From assembly GCA_964016885.1 (NCBI GenBank), contig OZ024741.1, forward strand, positions 415,958,001 through 416,022,000: 64,000 nt of DNA. Reading direction: 5' to 3'. A program made the position numbers and the translations under genes. The notes beneath the pieces were generated by a model. That model saw nothing but the letters and a program-made list of their open reading frames with translations. It searched no databases and was not told the DNA's origin. Positions within the stretch are counted from its first letter, which is position 1. Each line of letters begins with the position of its first letter. This document shows positions 41,601 to 55,700 of the stretch, one piece after another. The DNA comes from Eledone cirrhosa (Eukaryota).

Positions 41601-44110
41601 TCTGTTATATTAACTAGGGTTTCTGTTATATTAACTGGGGTCTCTGTTATATTAACTGGGGTCTCGGTTATATTAACTGGGGCCTCTGTTATATTAACTG
41701 GGGCCTCTATTATATTTACTGGGGTCTGTTATATTAACTGGGGTCTCTGTAATATTAACTGGGGTCTCTGTTATATTTACTGGGGTCTCTGTAATACTAA
41801 CTGGGGCCTCTGTTATATTAACTGGGGTCTCTGTTATATTAACTGGGGTCTCTGTTATATTAACTGGGGTCTCTGTTATATTAACTGGCGTATGTTATAT
41901 TAACTGGGGTCTCTGTTATATTAACTGGGGTATGTTATATTAACTGGGGCCTCTGTTATATTAACTGGGGCCTCTATTTTATTAACTGGGGCTTCTGTTA
42001 TATTAACAAGGGGTCTCTGTTATATTAACTGGGGTCTCTGTTATATTAACTGGGGTCTCTATTATATTATCTGGGGTCTCTGTTATATTAACTGGGGTAT
42101 GTTATATTAACTGGGGTCTGTTATATTAACTGGGGTCTCTATTATATTAACTGAGGTCTCTGTAATATTAACTGCGGTCTCTGTTATATTAACTGGGGCT
42201 TCTATTATATTAACTGGGTTCTCTGTTATATTAACTGGAGTCTCTGTTATATTAACTGGGGTCTGTAATATTAACTTGGGCCTCTATTATATTAACTGAG
42301 GTCTCTGTTATATTAACTGGGGTCTCTGTTATATTAACTGGCGTATGTTATATTAACTGGGGCCTCTGTAATATTAACTGGGGTATGTTATATTAACTGG
42401 GGTCTCTGTTATATTAACTGGGGTCTCTGTTTTATTAACTGGGGTCGCTATTATATTAACTGGGGCCTCTATTATATTAACTGAGGTCTCTGTTATATTA
42501 ACTGGGGTCTCTGTTATATTAACTGGGGTCTCTGTTATATTAACTGGGGTCTCTGTTATATTTAATGGTGTCTCTGTTATATTAACTGGGGTCTCTGTTA
42601 TATTAACTGGGGCCTCTGTTATATTAACTGGGGCCTCTGTTATATTAACTGGGGCCTCTATTATATTAACTGGGGTCTCTGTTATATTAACTGGGGTCTC
42701 TTTTATATTAACTGGGGTCTGTTATATTAACTGAGATCTCTGTTATATTAACTGGGGTCTGTTATATTAACTGGGGTCTCTGCTATATTAACTGGGGTCT
42801 CTGTTATATTAACTGGCGCCTCTATTATATTAACTGGGGTCTCTGTAATATTAACTGGGGTCTTGGTTATATTAACTGGGGCCTCTGTTACATTAACTGG
42901 GGTCTCTGTTATATTAACTGGGGTCTCTGTTATATTAACTGGGGCCTCTGTTATATTAACTGGGGTCTCTGTTATATTAACTGGGGTCTGTTATATTAAC
43001 TGGGGTCTCTGTTATACTAACTGGGGCCTCTGTTATATTAACTGGGGTCTCTGTTATATTAACTGGGGTCTCTGTTATATTAAATGGTGTCTCTGTTATA
43101 TTAACTGGGGTCTCTGTTATATTAACTGGGGCCTCTGTTATATTAACTGGGGCCTCTGTTATATTAACTGGGGCCTCTATTATATTAACTGGGGTCTCTG
43201 TTATATTAACTGGGGCCTCTATTATATTAACTGAGGTCTCTGTTATATTAACTGGGGTCTCTGTTATATTAACTGGCGTATGTTATATTAACTGGGGTCT
43301 CTGTTATATTAACTGGGGTATGTTATATTAACTGGGGTCACTGTTATATTAACTGGGGCCTCTATTATATTAACTGGGGCCTCTGTTATATTAACTGGGG
43401 TCTCTGTTATATTAACTGGGGTCTCTGTTATATTAACTGGGTCTCTATTATATTATCTGGTGTCTCTGTTATATTAACTGGGGTATGTTATATTAACTGC
43501 GGCCTCTGTTATATTAACTGGGGCCTCTATTATATTAACTGGGGCCTCTGTTATATTAACTGGGGTCTCTGTTATATTAACTGGGGTCTCTGTTATATTA
43601 AATGGTGTCTCTGTTATATTAACTGGGGTCTCTGTTATATTAACTGGGGCCTCTGTTATATTAACTGGGGCCTCTGTTATATTAACTGGGGCCTCTATTA
43701 TATTAACTGGGGTCTCTGTTATATTAACTGGGGTCTCTTTTATATTAACTGGGGTCTGTTATATTAACTGAGATCTCTGTTATATTAACTGGGGTCTGTT
43801 ATATTAACTGGGGTCTCTGCTATATTAACTGGGGTCTCTGTTATATTAACTGGGGCCTCTATTATATTAACTGGGGTCTCTGTAATATTAAGTGGGGTCT
43901 TGGTTATATAAACTGGGGCCTCTGTTACATTAACTGGGGTCTCTGTTATATTAACTGGGGTCTCTGTTATATTAACTGGGGCCTCTGTTATATTAACTGG
44001 GGTCTCTGTTATATTAACTGGGGTCTGTTATATTAACTGGGGTCTCTGTTATACTAACTGGGGCTTCTGTTATATTAACTGGGGTCTCTGTTATATTAAC
44101 TGGGGTCTCT
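38170..44110 (+). repeat. Tandem duplication of a 2962-bp block of monomers
   Basis: Identical ORFs 39901..40272 and 42863..43234. The 22-bp monomer TAACAAGGGG occurs at 39042 and 42004, and ACTAACTGGGGCTTCTG at 41091 and 44053. All offsets are 2962 bp. Confidence 0.9.
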
Positions 44111-46299
44111 GTTATATTAAATGGTGTCTCTGTTATATTAACTGGGGTCTCTGTTATATTAACTGGGGCCTCTGTTATATTAACTGGGGCCTCTGTTATA
44201 TTAACTGGGTCCTCTATTATATTAACTGGGGTCTCTGTTATATTAACTGGGGCCTCTATTATATTAACTGAGGTCTCTGTTATATTAACTGGGGTCTCTG
44301 TTATATTAACTGGCGTATGTTATATTAACTGGGGTCTCTGTTATATTAACTGGGGTCTCTGTTATATTAACTGGGTCTCTATTATATTATCTGGTGTCTC
44401 TGTTATATTAACTGGGGTATGTTATATTAACTGCGGCCTCTGTTATATTAACTGGGGCCTCTATTATATTAACTGGGGCCTCTGTTATATTAACTGGGGT
44501 CTCTGTTATATTAACTGGGGTCTCTGTTATATTAAATGGTGTCTCTGTTATATTAACTGGGGTCTCTGTTATATTAACTGGGGCCTCTGTTATATTAACT
44601 GGGGCCTCTGTTATATTAACTGGGGCCTCTATTATATTAACTGGGGTCTCTGTTATATTAACTGGGGCCTCTGTTATATTAACTGGGGCCTCTGTTATAT
44701 TAACTGGGGCCTCTATTATATTAACTGGGGTCTCTGTTATATTAACTGGGGCCTCTATTATATTAACTGAGGTCTCTGTTATATTAACTGGGGTCTCTGT
44801 TATATTAACTGGCGTATGTTATATTAACTGGGGTCTCTGTTATATTAACTGGGGTATGTTATATTAACTGGGGCCTCTGTTATATTAACTGGGGCCTCTA
44901 TTATATTAACTGGGGCCTCTGTTATATTAACTGGGGTCTCTGTTATATTAACTGGGGTCTCTGTTATATTAACTGGGTCTCTATTATATTATCTGGTGTC
45001 TCTGTTATATTAACTGGGGTATGTTATATTAACTGCGGCCTCTGTTATATTAACTGGGGCCTCTATTATATTAACTGGGGCCTCTGTTATATTAACTGGG
45101 GTCTCTGTTATATTAACTGGGGTCTCTGTTATATTAAATGGTGTCTCTGTTATATTAACTGGGGTCTCTGTTATATTAACAGGGGCCTCTGTTATATTAA
45201 CTGGGGCCTCTGTTATATTAACTGGGGCCTCTGTTATATTAACTGGGGTCTCTGTTATATTAACTGGGGCCTCTGTTATATTAACTGGGGCCTCTATTAT
45301 ATTAACTGGGGTCTCTGTTATATTAACTGGGGCCTCTGTTATATTAACTGGGGCCTCTGTTATATTGACTGGGGCCTCTATTATATTAACTGAGGTCTCT
45401 GTTATATTAACTGGGGTCTCTGTTATATTAACTGGCGTATGTTATATTAACTGGAGTCTCTGTTATATTAACTGGGGTCTGTAATATTAACTTGGGCCTC
45501 TATTATATTAACTGAGGTCTCTGTTATATTAACTGGGGTCTCTGTTATATTAACTGGCGTATGTTATATTAACTGGGGCCTCTGTAATATTAACTGGGGT
45601 ATGTTATATTAACTGGGGTCTCTGTTATATTAACTGGGGTCTCTGTTTTATTAACTGGGGTCGCTATTATATTAACTGGGGCCTCTATTATATTAACTGG
45701 GGTCTCTTTTATATTAACTGGGGCCTCTGTTATATTAACTGGGGCCTCTGTTATATTAACTGGGGCCTCTATTATATTAACTGGGGTCTCTGTTATATTA
45801 ACTGGGGCCTCTATTATATTAACTGAGGTCTCTGTTATATTAACTGGGGTCTCTGTTATATTAACTGGGGTCTCTGTTATATTAACTGGGGTCTCTGTTA
45901 TATTAAATGGTGTCTCTGTTATATTAACTGGGGTCTCTGTTATATTAACTGGGGCCTCTGTCATATTAACTGGGGCCTCTGTTATATTAACTGGGGCCTC
46001 TATTATATTAACTGGGGTCTCTGTTATATTAACTGGGGTCTCTTTTATATTAACTGGGGTCTGTTATATTAACTGAGATCTCTGTTATATTAACTGGGGT
46101 CTGTTATATTAACTGGGGTCTCTGCTATATTAACTGGGGTCTCTGTTATATTAACTGGGGCCTCTATTATATTAACTGGGGTCTCTGTAATATTAACTGG
46201 GGTCTTGGTTATATTAACTGGGGCCTCTGTTACATTAACTGGGGTCTCTGTTATATTAACTGGGGTCTCTGTTATATTAACTGGGGCCTCTGTTATATT

Positions 46300-49200
46300 A
46301 ACTGGGGTCTCTGTTATATTAACTGGGGTCTGTTATATTAACTGGGGTCTCTGTTATACTAACTGGGGCCTCTGTTATATTAACTGGGGTCTCGGTTATA
46401 TTAACTGGGGCCTCTGTTATATTAACTGGGGTCTCTGTTATATTAACTAGGGTCTCTGTTATATTAACTGGGGTCTCTGTTATATTAACTGGGGTCTATT
46501 ATATTAACTGGGGCCTCTGTTATATTAACTGGGGCCTCTATTATATTAACTGGGGTCTGTTATATTAACTGGGGTCTCTGTAATATTAACTGGGGTCTCT
46601 GTTATATTTACTGGGGTCTCTGTAATATTAACTGGGGCCTCTATTATATTAACTGGGTCCTCTGTTATATTAACTGGGGTCTCTGTTATATTAACTGGGG
46701 TCTCTGTTATATTAACTGAGGTCTCTGTAATATTAACTGTGGTCTCTGTTATATTAACTGGGGCGTCTATTATATTAACTGGGTTCTCTGTTATATTAAC
46801 TGGGGTCTTTGTTATATTAACTAGGGTCTCGGTTATATTAACTGGGGTCTCTGTTATATTAACTGGGGTCTCTGTTATATTAACTGGGGTCTCTGTTATA
46901 TTAACTGAGGCCTCTGTTATATTAACTGGGGCCTCTATTATATTAACTGGGGTCTCTGTTATATTAACTGGGGTCTCTGTTATATTAATTGGGCTCTCTG
47001 TTATATTAACTGGGGTCTCTTATATTAACTGGGGCCTCTATTGTGTTAACTGAGGTCTCTGTTATATTAACTGGGTCTCTGTTATATTAACTGGGGTATG
47101 TTATATTAACTGGGGTCTCTGTTATATTAACTGGGGTCTCTATTATATTAACTGGGGCATCTGTTATATTAACTGGGGTCTCTGTTATATTAACTGAGGT
47201 CTCTGTTATATTAACTGGGGTATGTAATATTAACTGGGGTATGTTATATTAACTGGGGTATGTTATATTAACTGGTGTCTCTGTTATATTGACTGGGGTC
47301 TCTGTTACATTAACTGGGGTCTCTGTTATATTAAATGGTGTCTCTGTTATATTAACTGGGGTCTCTGTTATATTAACTGGGGCCTCTGTTATATTAACTG
47401 GGGCCTCTGTTATATTAACTGGGGCCTCTATTATATTAACTGGGGTCTCTGTTATATTAACTGGGGTCTCTGTTATATTAACTGGGGTCTGTTATATTAA
47501 CTGAGATCTCTGTTATATTAACTGGGGTCTGTTATATTAACTGGGGTCTCTGCTATATTAACTGGGGTCTCTGTTATATTAACTGGGGCCTCTATTATAT
47601 TAACTGGGGTCTCTGTAATATTAACTGGGGTCTTGGTTGTATTAACTGGGGCCTCTGTTACGTTAACTGGGGTCTCTGTTATATTAACTGGGGCCTCTGT
47701 TATATTAACTGGGGCCTCTATTATATTAACTGGGGTCTCTGTTATATTAACTGGGGTCTCTGTTATATTAACAGTGGTCTGTTATATTAACTGAGATCTC
47801 TGTTATATTAACTGGGGTCTGTTATATTAACTGGGGTCTCTGTTATATTAACTGGGGTCTCTGTTATATTAACTGGGGCCTCTATTATATTAACTGGGGT
47901 CTCTGTAATATTAACTGGGTTCTTGGTTATATTAACTGGGGCCTCTGTTATATTAACTGGGGTCTCTGTTATATTAACTGGGGTCTCTGTTATATTAACT
48001 GGGGCCTCTGTTATATTAACTGGGGTCTCGGTTATATTAACTGGGGCCTCTGTTATATTAACTGGGGTCTCTGTTATATTAATTGGGGTCTCTGTTATAT
48101 TAACTGGGGTCTCTGTTATATTAACTGGGGTATGTTATATTAACTTGGGTATGTTATATTAACTGGGGTCTCTGTTATATTAACTGGGGTCTCTGTTATA
48201 TTAACTGGGGTCTCTGTTATATTAACTGGCGTATGTTATATTAACTGGGGCCTCTGTAATATTAACTGGGGTATGTTATATTAACTGGGGTCTCTCTTAT
48301 GTTAACTGGGGTCTCTGTTATATTAATTGGGGTCTCTGTTATATTAACTGGGGCCTCTATTATATTAACTGAGGTCTCTGTTATATTAACTGGGGTCTCT
48401 GTTATATTAACTGGGGTATGTTATATTAACTGGGGTCTCTGTTATATTAACTGGGGTCTCTATTATATTAACTGGGGTCTCTGTTATATTTACTGGGGTC
48501 TCTGTTATATTAACTGGGATCTCTGTCATATTAACTGGGGTCTCTATTATATTAACTGGGGTCTCTGTTATATTAACTGGGGCCTCTGTTATATTAACTG
48601 GGGTCTCTGTTATATTAACTGGGGTATGTTATATTAACTGGGGTCTCTGTTATATTAACTGGGGTCTCTGTTATATTAACTGGGGTCTCTGTTATATTAA
48701 CTGAGGTCCCTGTTATATTAACTGGGGTATGTTATATTAACTGGGGTCTCTGTTATATTAACTGGGGTCTCTGTTATATTAACTGGGGCCTCTGTTATAT
48801 TAACTGGGGCCTCTGTTATATTAACTGGGGTCTCTGTTATATTAACTGAGGTCTCTGTTATATTAACTGGGTCTCTGTTATATTAACTGGGGTATGTTAT
48901 ATTAACTGGGGTCTCTGTTATATTAGCTGGGGTCTCTATTATATTAACTGGGGCCTCTGTTATATTAACTGAGGTCTCTGTTATATTAACTGGGGTCTCT
49001 GTTATATTAACTGGGGTATGTTATATTAACTGGGGTATGTTATATTAACTGGGGTCTCTGTTATATTAACTGGGGTCTCTGTTATATTAACTGGGGTCTC
49101 TGTTATATTAAATGGTGACTCTGTTATATTAACTGGGGTCTCTGTTATATTAACTGGGGCCTCTGTTTTATTAACTGGGGCCTCTGTTATATTAACTGGG

Positions 49201-52100
49201 GCCTCTATTATATTAACTGGGGTCTCTGTTATATTAACTGGGGTCTGTTATATTAACTGGGGTCTCTGTTATACTAACTGGGGCCTCTGTTATATTAACT
49301 GGGGTCTCGGTTATATTAACTGGGGCCTCTGTTATATTAACTGGGGTCTCTGTTATATTAACTAGGGTCTCTGTTATATTAACTGGGGCCTCTATTATAT
49401 TAACTGGGGTCTGTTATATTAACTGGGGTCTCTGTAATATTAACTGGGGTCTCTGTTATATTTACTGGGGTCTCTGTAATATTAACTGGGGCCTCTATTA
49501 TATTAACTGGGTCCTCTGTTATATTAACTGGGGTCTCTGTTATATTAACTGGGGTCTCTGTTATATTAACTGAGGTCTCTGTAATATTAACTGTGGTCTC
49601 TGTTATATTAACTGGGGCGTCTATTATATTAACTGGGTTCTCTGTTATATTAACTGGGGTCTTTGTTATATTAACTGGGGTCTCGGTTATATTAACTGGG
49701 GTCTCTGTTATATTAACTGGGGTCTCTGTTATATTAACTGGGGTCTCTGTTATATTAACTGAGGCCTCTGTTATATTAACTGGGGCCTCTATTATATTAA
49801 CTGGGGTCTCTGTTATATTAACTGGGGTCTCTGTTATATTAATTGGGTTCTCTGTTATATTAACTGGGGTCTCTTATATTAACTGGGGCCTCTATTATGT
49901 TAACTGAGGTCTCTGTTATATTAACTGGGTCTCTGTTATATTAACTGGGGTATGTTATATTAACTGGGGTCTCTGTTATATTAACTGGGGTCTCTATTAT
50001 ATTAACTGGGGCATCTGTTATATTAACTGGGGTCTCTGTTATATTAACTGAGGTCTCTGTTATATTAACTGGGGTATGTTATATTAACTGGGGTATGTTA
50101 TATTAACTGGGGTATGTTATATTAACTGGTGTCTCTGTTATATTGACTGGGGTCTCTGTTACATTAACTGGGGTCTCTGTTATATTAAATGGTGTCTCTG
50201 TTATATTAACTGGGGTCTCTGTTATATTAACTGGGGCCTCTGTTATATTAACTGGGGCCTCTGTTATATTAACTGGGGCCTCTATTATATTAACTGGGGT
50301 CTCTGTTATATTAACTGGGGTCTCTGTTATATTAACTGGGGTCTGTTATATTAACTGAGATCTCTGTTATATTAACTGGGGTCTGTTATATTAACTGGGG
50401 TCTCTGCTATATTAACTGGGGTCTCTGTTATATTAACTGGGGCCTCTATTATATTAACTGGGGTCTCTGTAATATTAACTGGGGTCTTGGTTGTATTAAC
50501 TGGGGCCTCTGTTACGTTAACTGGGGTCTCTGTTATATTAACTGGGGCCTCTGTTATATTAACTGGGGCCTCTATTATATTAACTGGGGTCTCTGTTATA
50601 TTAACTGGGGTCTCTGTTATATTAACAGTGGTCTGTTATATTAACTGAGATCTCTGTTATATTAACTGGGGTCTGTTATATTAACTGGGGTCTCTGTTAT
50701 ATTAACTGGGGTCTCTGTTATATTAACTGGGGCCTCTATTATATTAACTGGGGTCTCTGTAATATTAACTGGGTTCTTGGTTATATTAACTGGGGCCTCT
50801 GTTATATTAACTGGGGTCTCTGTTATATTAACTGGGGTCTCTGTTATATTAACTGGGGCCTCTGTTATATTAACTGGGGTCTCGGTTATATTAACTGGGG
50901 CCTCTGTTATATTAACTGGGGTCTCTGTTATATTAATTGGGGTCTCTGTTATATTAACTGGGGTCTCTGTTATATTAACTGGGGTATGTTATATTAACTT
51001 GGGTATGTTATATTAACTGGGGTCTCTGTTATATTAACTGGGGTCTCTGTTATATCAACTGGGGTCTCTGTTATATTAACTGGCGTATGTTATATTAACT
51101 GGGGCCTCTGTAATATTAACTGGGGTATGTTATATTAACTGGGGTCTCTCTTATGTTAACTGGGGTCTCTGTTATATTAATTGGGGTCTCTGTTATATTA
51201 ACTGGGGCCTCTATTATATTAACTGAGGTCTCTGTTATATTAACTGGGGTCTCTGTTATATTAACTGGGGTATGTTATATTAACTGGGGTCTCTGTTATA
51301 TTAACTGGGGTCTCTATTATATTAACTGGGGTCTCTGTTATATTTACTGGGGTCTCTGTTATATTAACTGGGATCTCTGTCATATTAACTGGGGTCTCTA
51401 TTATATTAACTGGGGTCTCTGTTATATTAACTGGGGCCTCTGTTATATTAACTGGGGTCTCTGTTATATTAACTGGGGTATGTTATATTAACTGGGGTCT
51501 CTGTTATATTAACTGGGGTCTCTGTTATATTAACTGGGGTCTCTGTTATATTAACTGAGGTCCGTGTTATATTAACTGGGGTATGTTATATTAACTGGGG
51601 TCTCTGTTATATTAACTGGGGTCTCTGTTATATTAACTGGGGCCTCTGTTATATTAACTGGGGCCTCTGTTATATTAACTGGGGTCTCTGTTATATTAAC
51701 TGAGGTCTCTGTTATATTAACTGGGTCTCTGTTATATTAACTGGGGTATGTTATATTAACTGGGGTCTCTGTTATATTAGCTGGGGTCTCTATTATATTA
51801 ACTGGGGCCTCTGTTATATTAACTGAGGTCTCTGTTATATTAACTGGGGTCTCTGTTATATTAACTGGGGTATGTTATATTAACTGGGGTATGTTATATT
51901 AACTGGGGTCTCTGTTATATTAACTGGGGTCTCTGTTATATTAACTGGGGTCTCTGTTATATTAAATGGTGACTCTGTTATATTAACTGGGGTCTCTGTT
52001 ATATTAACTGGGGCCTCTGTTTTATTAACTGGGGCCTCTGTTATATTAACTGGGGCCTCTATTATATTAACTGGGGTCTCTGTTATATTAACTGGGGTCT
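46300..52100 (+). repeat. Tandem duplication of a 2854-bp block of monomers
   Basis: ORF pairs 46739/49593, 47289/50143, 47923/50777 and 48299/51153 are offset by 2854 bp. The markers GTTACGTTAAC (C at 47661/50515), ACAGTGG (47771/50625) and GTGACTCTG (49115/51969) share the offset. Confidence 0.92.
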
Positions 52101-52789
52101 CTGTTATATTAACTGGGGTCTGTTATATTAACTGAGATCTCTGTTATATTAACTGGGGTCTGTTATATTAACTGGGGTCTCTGTTATATTAACTGGGGTC
52201 TCTGTTATATTAACTGGGGTCTCTGTTATATTAACTGGGGCCTCTGTTATATTAACTGGGGTCTCGGTATATTAATTGGGGCCTCTGTTATATTAACAGG
52301 GGTCTCCTTTATATTAACTGGGGTCTCTGTTATATTAACTGGGGCATCTATTATATTAACTGGGGTCTCTGTTATATTAATTGGGGTCTCTGTTATATTA
52401 ACTGGGGTCTGTTATCTTAACTGGGGTCTCTGTTATATTAACTGGGGTCTCTGTTATATTAACTGAGGTCTCTGTTATATTAACTGGGGTCTCTGTTATA
52501 TTAACTGGGGCCTCTGTTATATTAACTGGGATCTCTATTATATTAACTGGGGTCTGTTATATTAACTGGGGTCTCTGTTATATTAACTGGGGTCTGTTAT
52601 ATTAACTGGGGTCTGTTATATTAACTGGGGTCTGTTATATTAACTGTGGCCTCTGTTATCTTAACTGTGGTCTCTGTTATATTAACTGGGATCTCTGTTA
52701 TATTAACTGGGGTCTCTGTTATATTAACTGGTGTCTCTTTTATATTAACTGGAATCTCTCTTATATTAACATGGGTTTCTGTTATATTA

Positions 52790-55700
52790 ACTGGGGCCTC
52801 TATTATATTAACTGGGCTCTGTGTTATATTAACTGGGATCTCTGTTATATTAACTCGGGTCTCTGTTATATTAACTGGGGTCTCTGTTATATTAACTGGG
52901 ATCTCTGTAATATTAACTGGTGTCTCTGTTATATGAAATGGGGCCTCTATTATATTAACTGGGGTCTCTGTTATATTAACTGGGGTCTCTGTTATATTAA
53001 CTGGGGTCTGTTATATTAACTGAGATCTCTGTTATATTAACTGGGGTCTGTTATATTAACTGGGGTCTCTGTTATATTAACTGGGGCCTCTATTATATTA
53101 ACTGGGGTCTCTGTAATATTAACTGGGGTCTTGGTTATATTAACTGGGGCCTCTGTAATATTAACTGGGGTCTCTGTTATATTAACTGGGGTCTCTGTTA
53201 TATTAACTGGGGTCTCTGTTATATTAACTGGGGCCTCTGTTATATTAACTGGGGCCTCTGTTATATTAACTGGGGCCTCTATTATATTAACTGGGGTCTC
53301 TGTTATATTAACTGGGGTCTCTGTTATATTAACTGGGGTCTGTTATATTAACTGAGATCTCTGTTATATTAACTGGGGTCTGTTATATTAACTTGGGTCT
53401 CTGTTATATTAACTGGGGTCTCTGTTATATTAACTGGGGCCTCTATTATATTAACTGGGGTCTCTGTAATATTAACTGGGGTCTTGGTTATATTAACTGG
53501 GGCCTCTGTTATATTAACTGGGGTCTCTGTTATATTAACTGGGGTCTCTGTTATATTAACTGGGGCCTCTGTTATATTAACTGGGGTCTCGGTTATATTA
53601 ACTGGGGACGCTGTTATATTAACTGGGGTCTCCTTTATATTAACTGGGGTCTCTGTTATATTAACTGGGGCATATATTATATTAACTGGGGTCTCTGTTA
53701 TATTAATTGGGGTCTCTGTTATATTAACTGGGCTCTGTTATCTTAACTGGGGTCTCTGTTATATTAACAGGGGTCTCTGTTATATTAACTGGGGTCTCTA
53801 TTATATTAACTGGGGTCTCTGTTATATTAACTGGGGTCTCTGTTATATTAACTGGGATCTCTGTTATATTAACTGGGGCCTCTGTTATATTAACTGGGAT
53901 CTCTATTATATTAACTGGGGTCTGTTATATTAACTGGGGTCTCTGTTATATTAACTGGGGTCTCTGTTATATTAACTGGGGTCTGTTATATTAACTGAGA
54001 TCTCTGTTATATTAACTGGGGTCTGTTATATTAACTGGGGTCTCTGTTATATTAACTGGGGTCTCTGTTATATTAACTGGGGCCTCTATTATATTAACTG
54101 GAGTCTCTGTAATATTAACTGGGGTCTTGGTTATATTAACTGGGGCCTCTGTTATATTAACTGGGGTCTCTGTTATATTAACTGGGGTCTCTGTTATATT
54201 AACTGGGGCCTCTGTTATATTAACTGGGGTCTCGGTTATATTAACTGGGGCCTCTGTTATATTAACTGGGGTCTCTGTTATATTAACTGGGGTCTCTGTT
54301 GTATTAACTGAGCCATCTATTATATTAACTGGGGTCTCTGTTATATTAATTGGGGTCTCTGTTATATTAACTGGGGTCTGTTATCTTAACTGGGGTCTCT
54401 GTTATATTAACTGGGGTCTCTGTTATATTAACTGGGGTCTCTGTTATATTAACTGGGGTCTCTGTTATATTAACTGGGGTCTCTGTTATATTAACTGGGA
54501 TCTCTGTTATATTAACTGGGGCCTCTGTTATATTAACTGGGATCTCTGTTATATTAACTGGGGTCTGTTATATTAACTGGGGTCTCTGTTATATTAACTG
54601 GGGTTGTTATATTAACTGGGGTCTGTTATATTAACTGGGGTCTATTATATTAACTGTGGCCTCTGTTATATGAACTGGGGCCTCTATTATATTAACTGGG
54701 GTCTCTGTTATATTAACTAGGGTCTCTGTTATATTAACTGGGGACTCTGTTATATTAACTGGGGTATGTTATATTAACTGGGGTCTCTGTTATATTAACT
54801 GGGGTCTCTGTTATATTAACTGGGGTCTGTTATATTAACTGAGATCTCTGTTATATTAACTGGGGTCTGTTATATTAACTGGGGTCTCTGTTATATTAAC
54901 TGGGGCCTCTATTATATTAACTGGGGTCTCTGTAATATTAACTGGGGTCTTGGTTATATTAACTGGGGCCTCTGTTATATTAACTGGGGTCTCTGTTATA
55001 TTATCTTGGGTCTCTGTTATATTAACTGGGGCCTCTATTATATTAACTGGGCTCTGTGTTATATTAACTGGGATCTCTGTTATATTAACTCGGGTCTCTG
55101 TTATATTAACTGGGGTCTCTGTTATATTAACTGGGATCTCTGTAATATTAACTGGTGTCTCTGTTATATGAACTGGGGCCTCTATTATATTAACTGGGGT
55201 CTCTGTTATATTAACTGGGGTCTCTGTTATATTAACTGGGGTCTGTTATATTAACTGAGATCTCTGTTATATTAACTGGGGTCTGTTATATTAACTGGGG
55301 TCTCTGTTATATTAACTGGGGCCTCTATTATATTAACTGGGGTCTCTGTAATATTAACTGGGGTCTTGGTTATATTAACTGGGGCCTCTGTAATATTAAC
55401 TGGGGTCTCTGTTATATTAACTGGGGTCTCTGTTATATTAACTGGGGTCTCTGTTATATTAACTGGGGCCTCTGTTATATTAACTGGGGCCTCTGTTATA
55501 TTAACTGGGGCCTCTATTATATTAACTGGGGTCTCTGTTATATTAACTGGGGTCTCTGTTATATTAACTGGGGTCTGTTATATTAACTGAGATCTCTGTT
55601 ATATTAACTGGGGTCTGTTATATTAACTTGGGTCTCTGTTATATTAACTGGGGTCTCTGTTATATTAACTGGGGCCTCTATTATATTAACTGGGGTCTCT

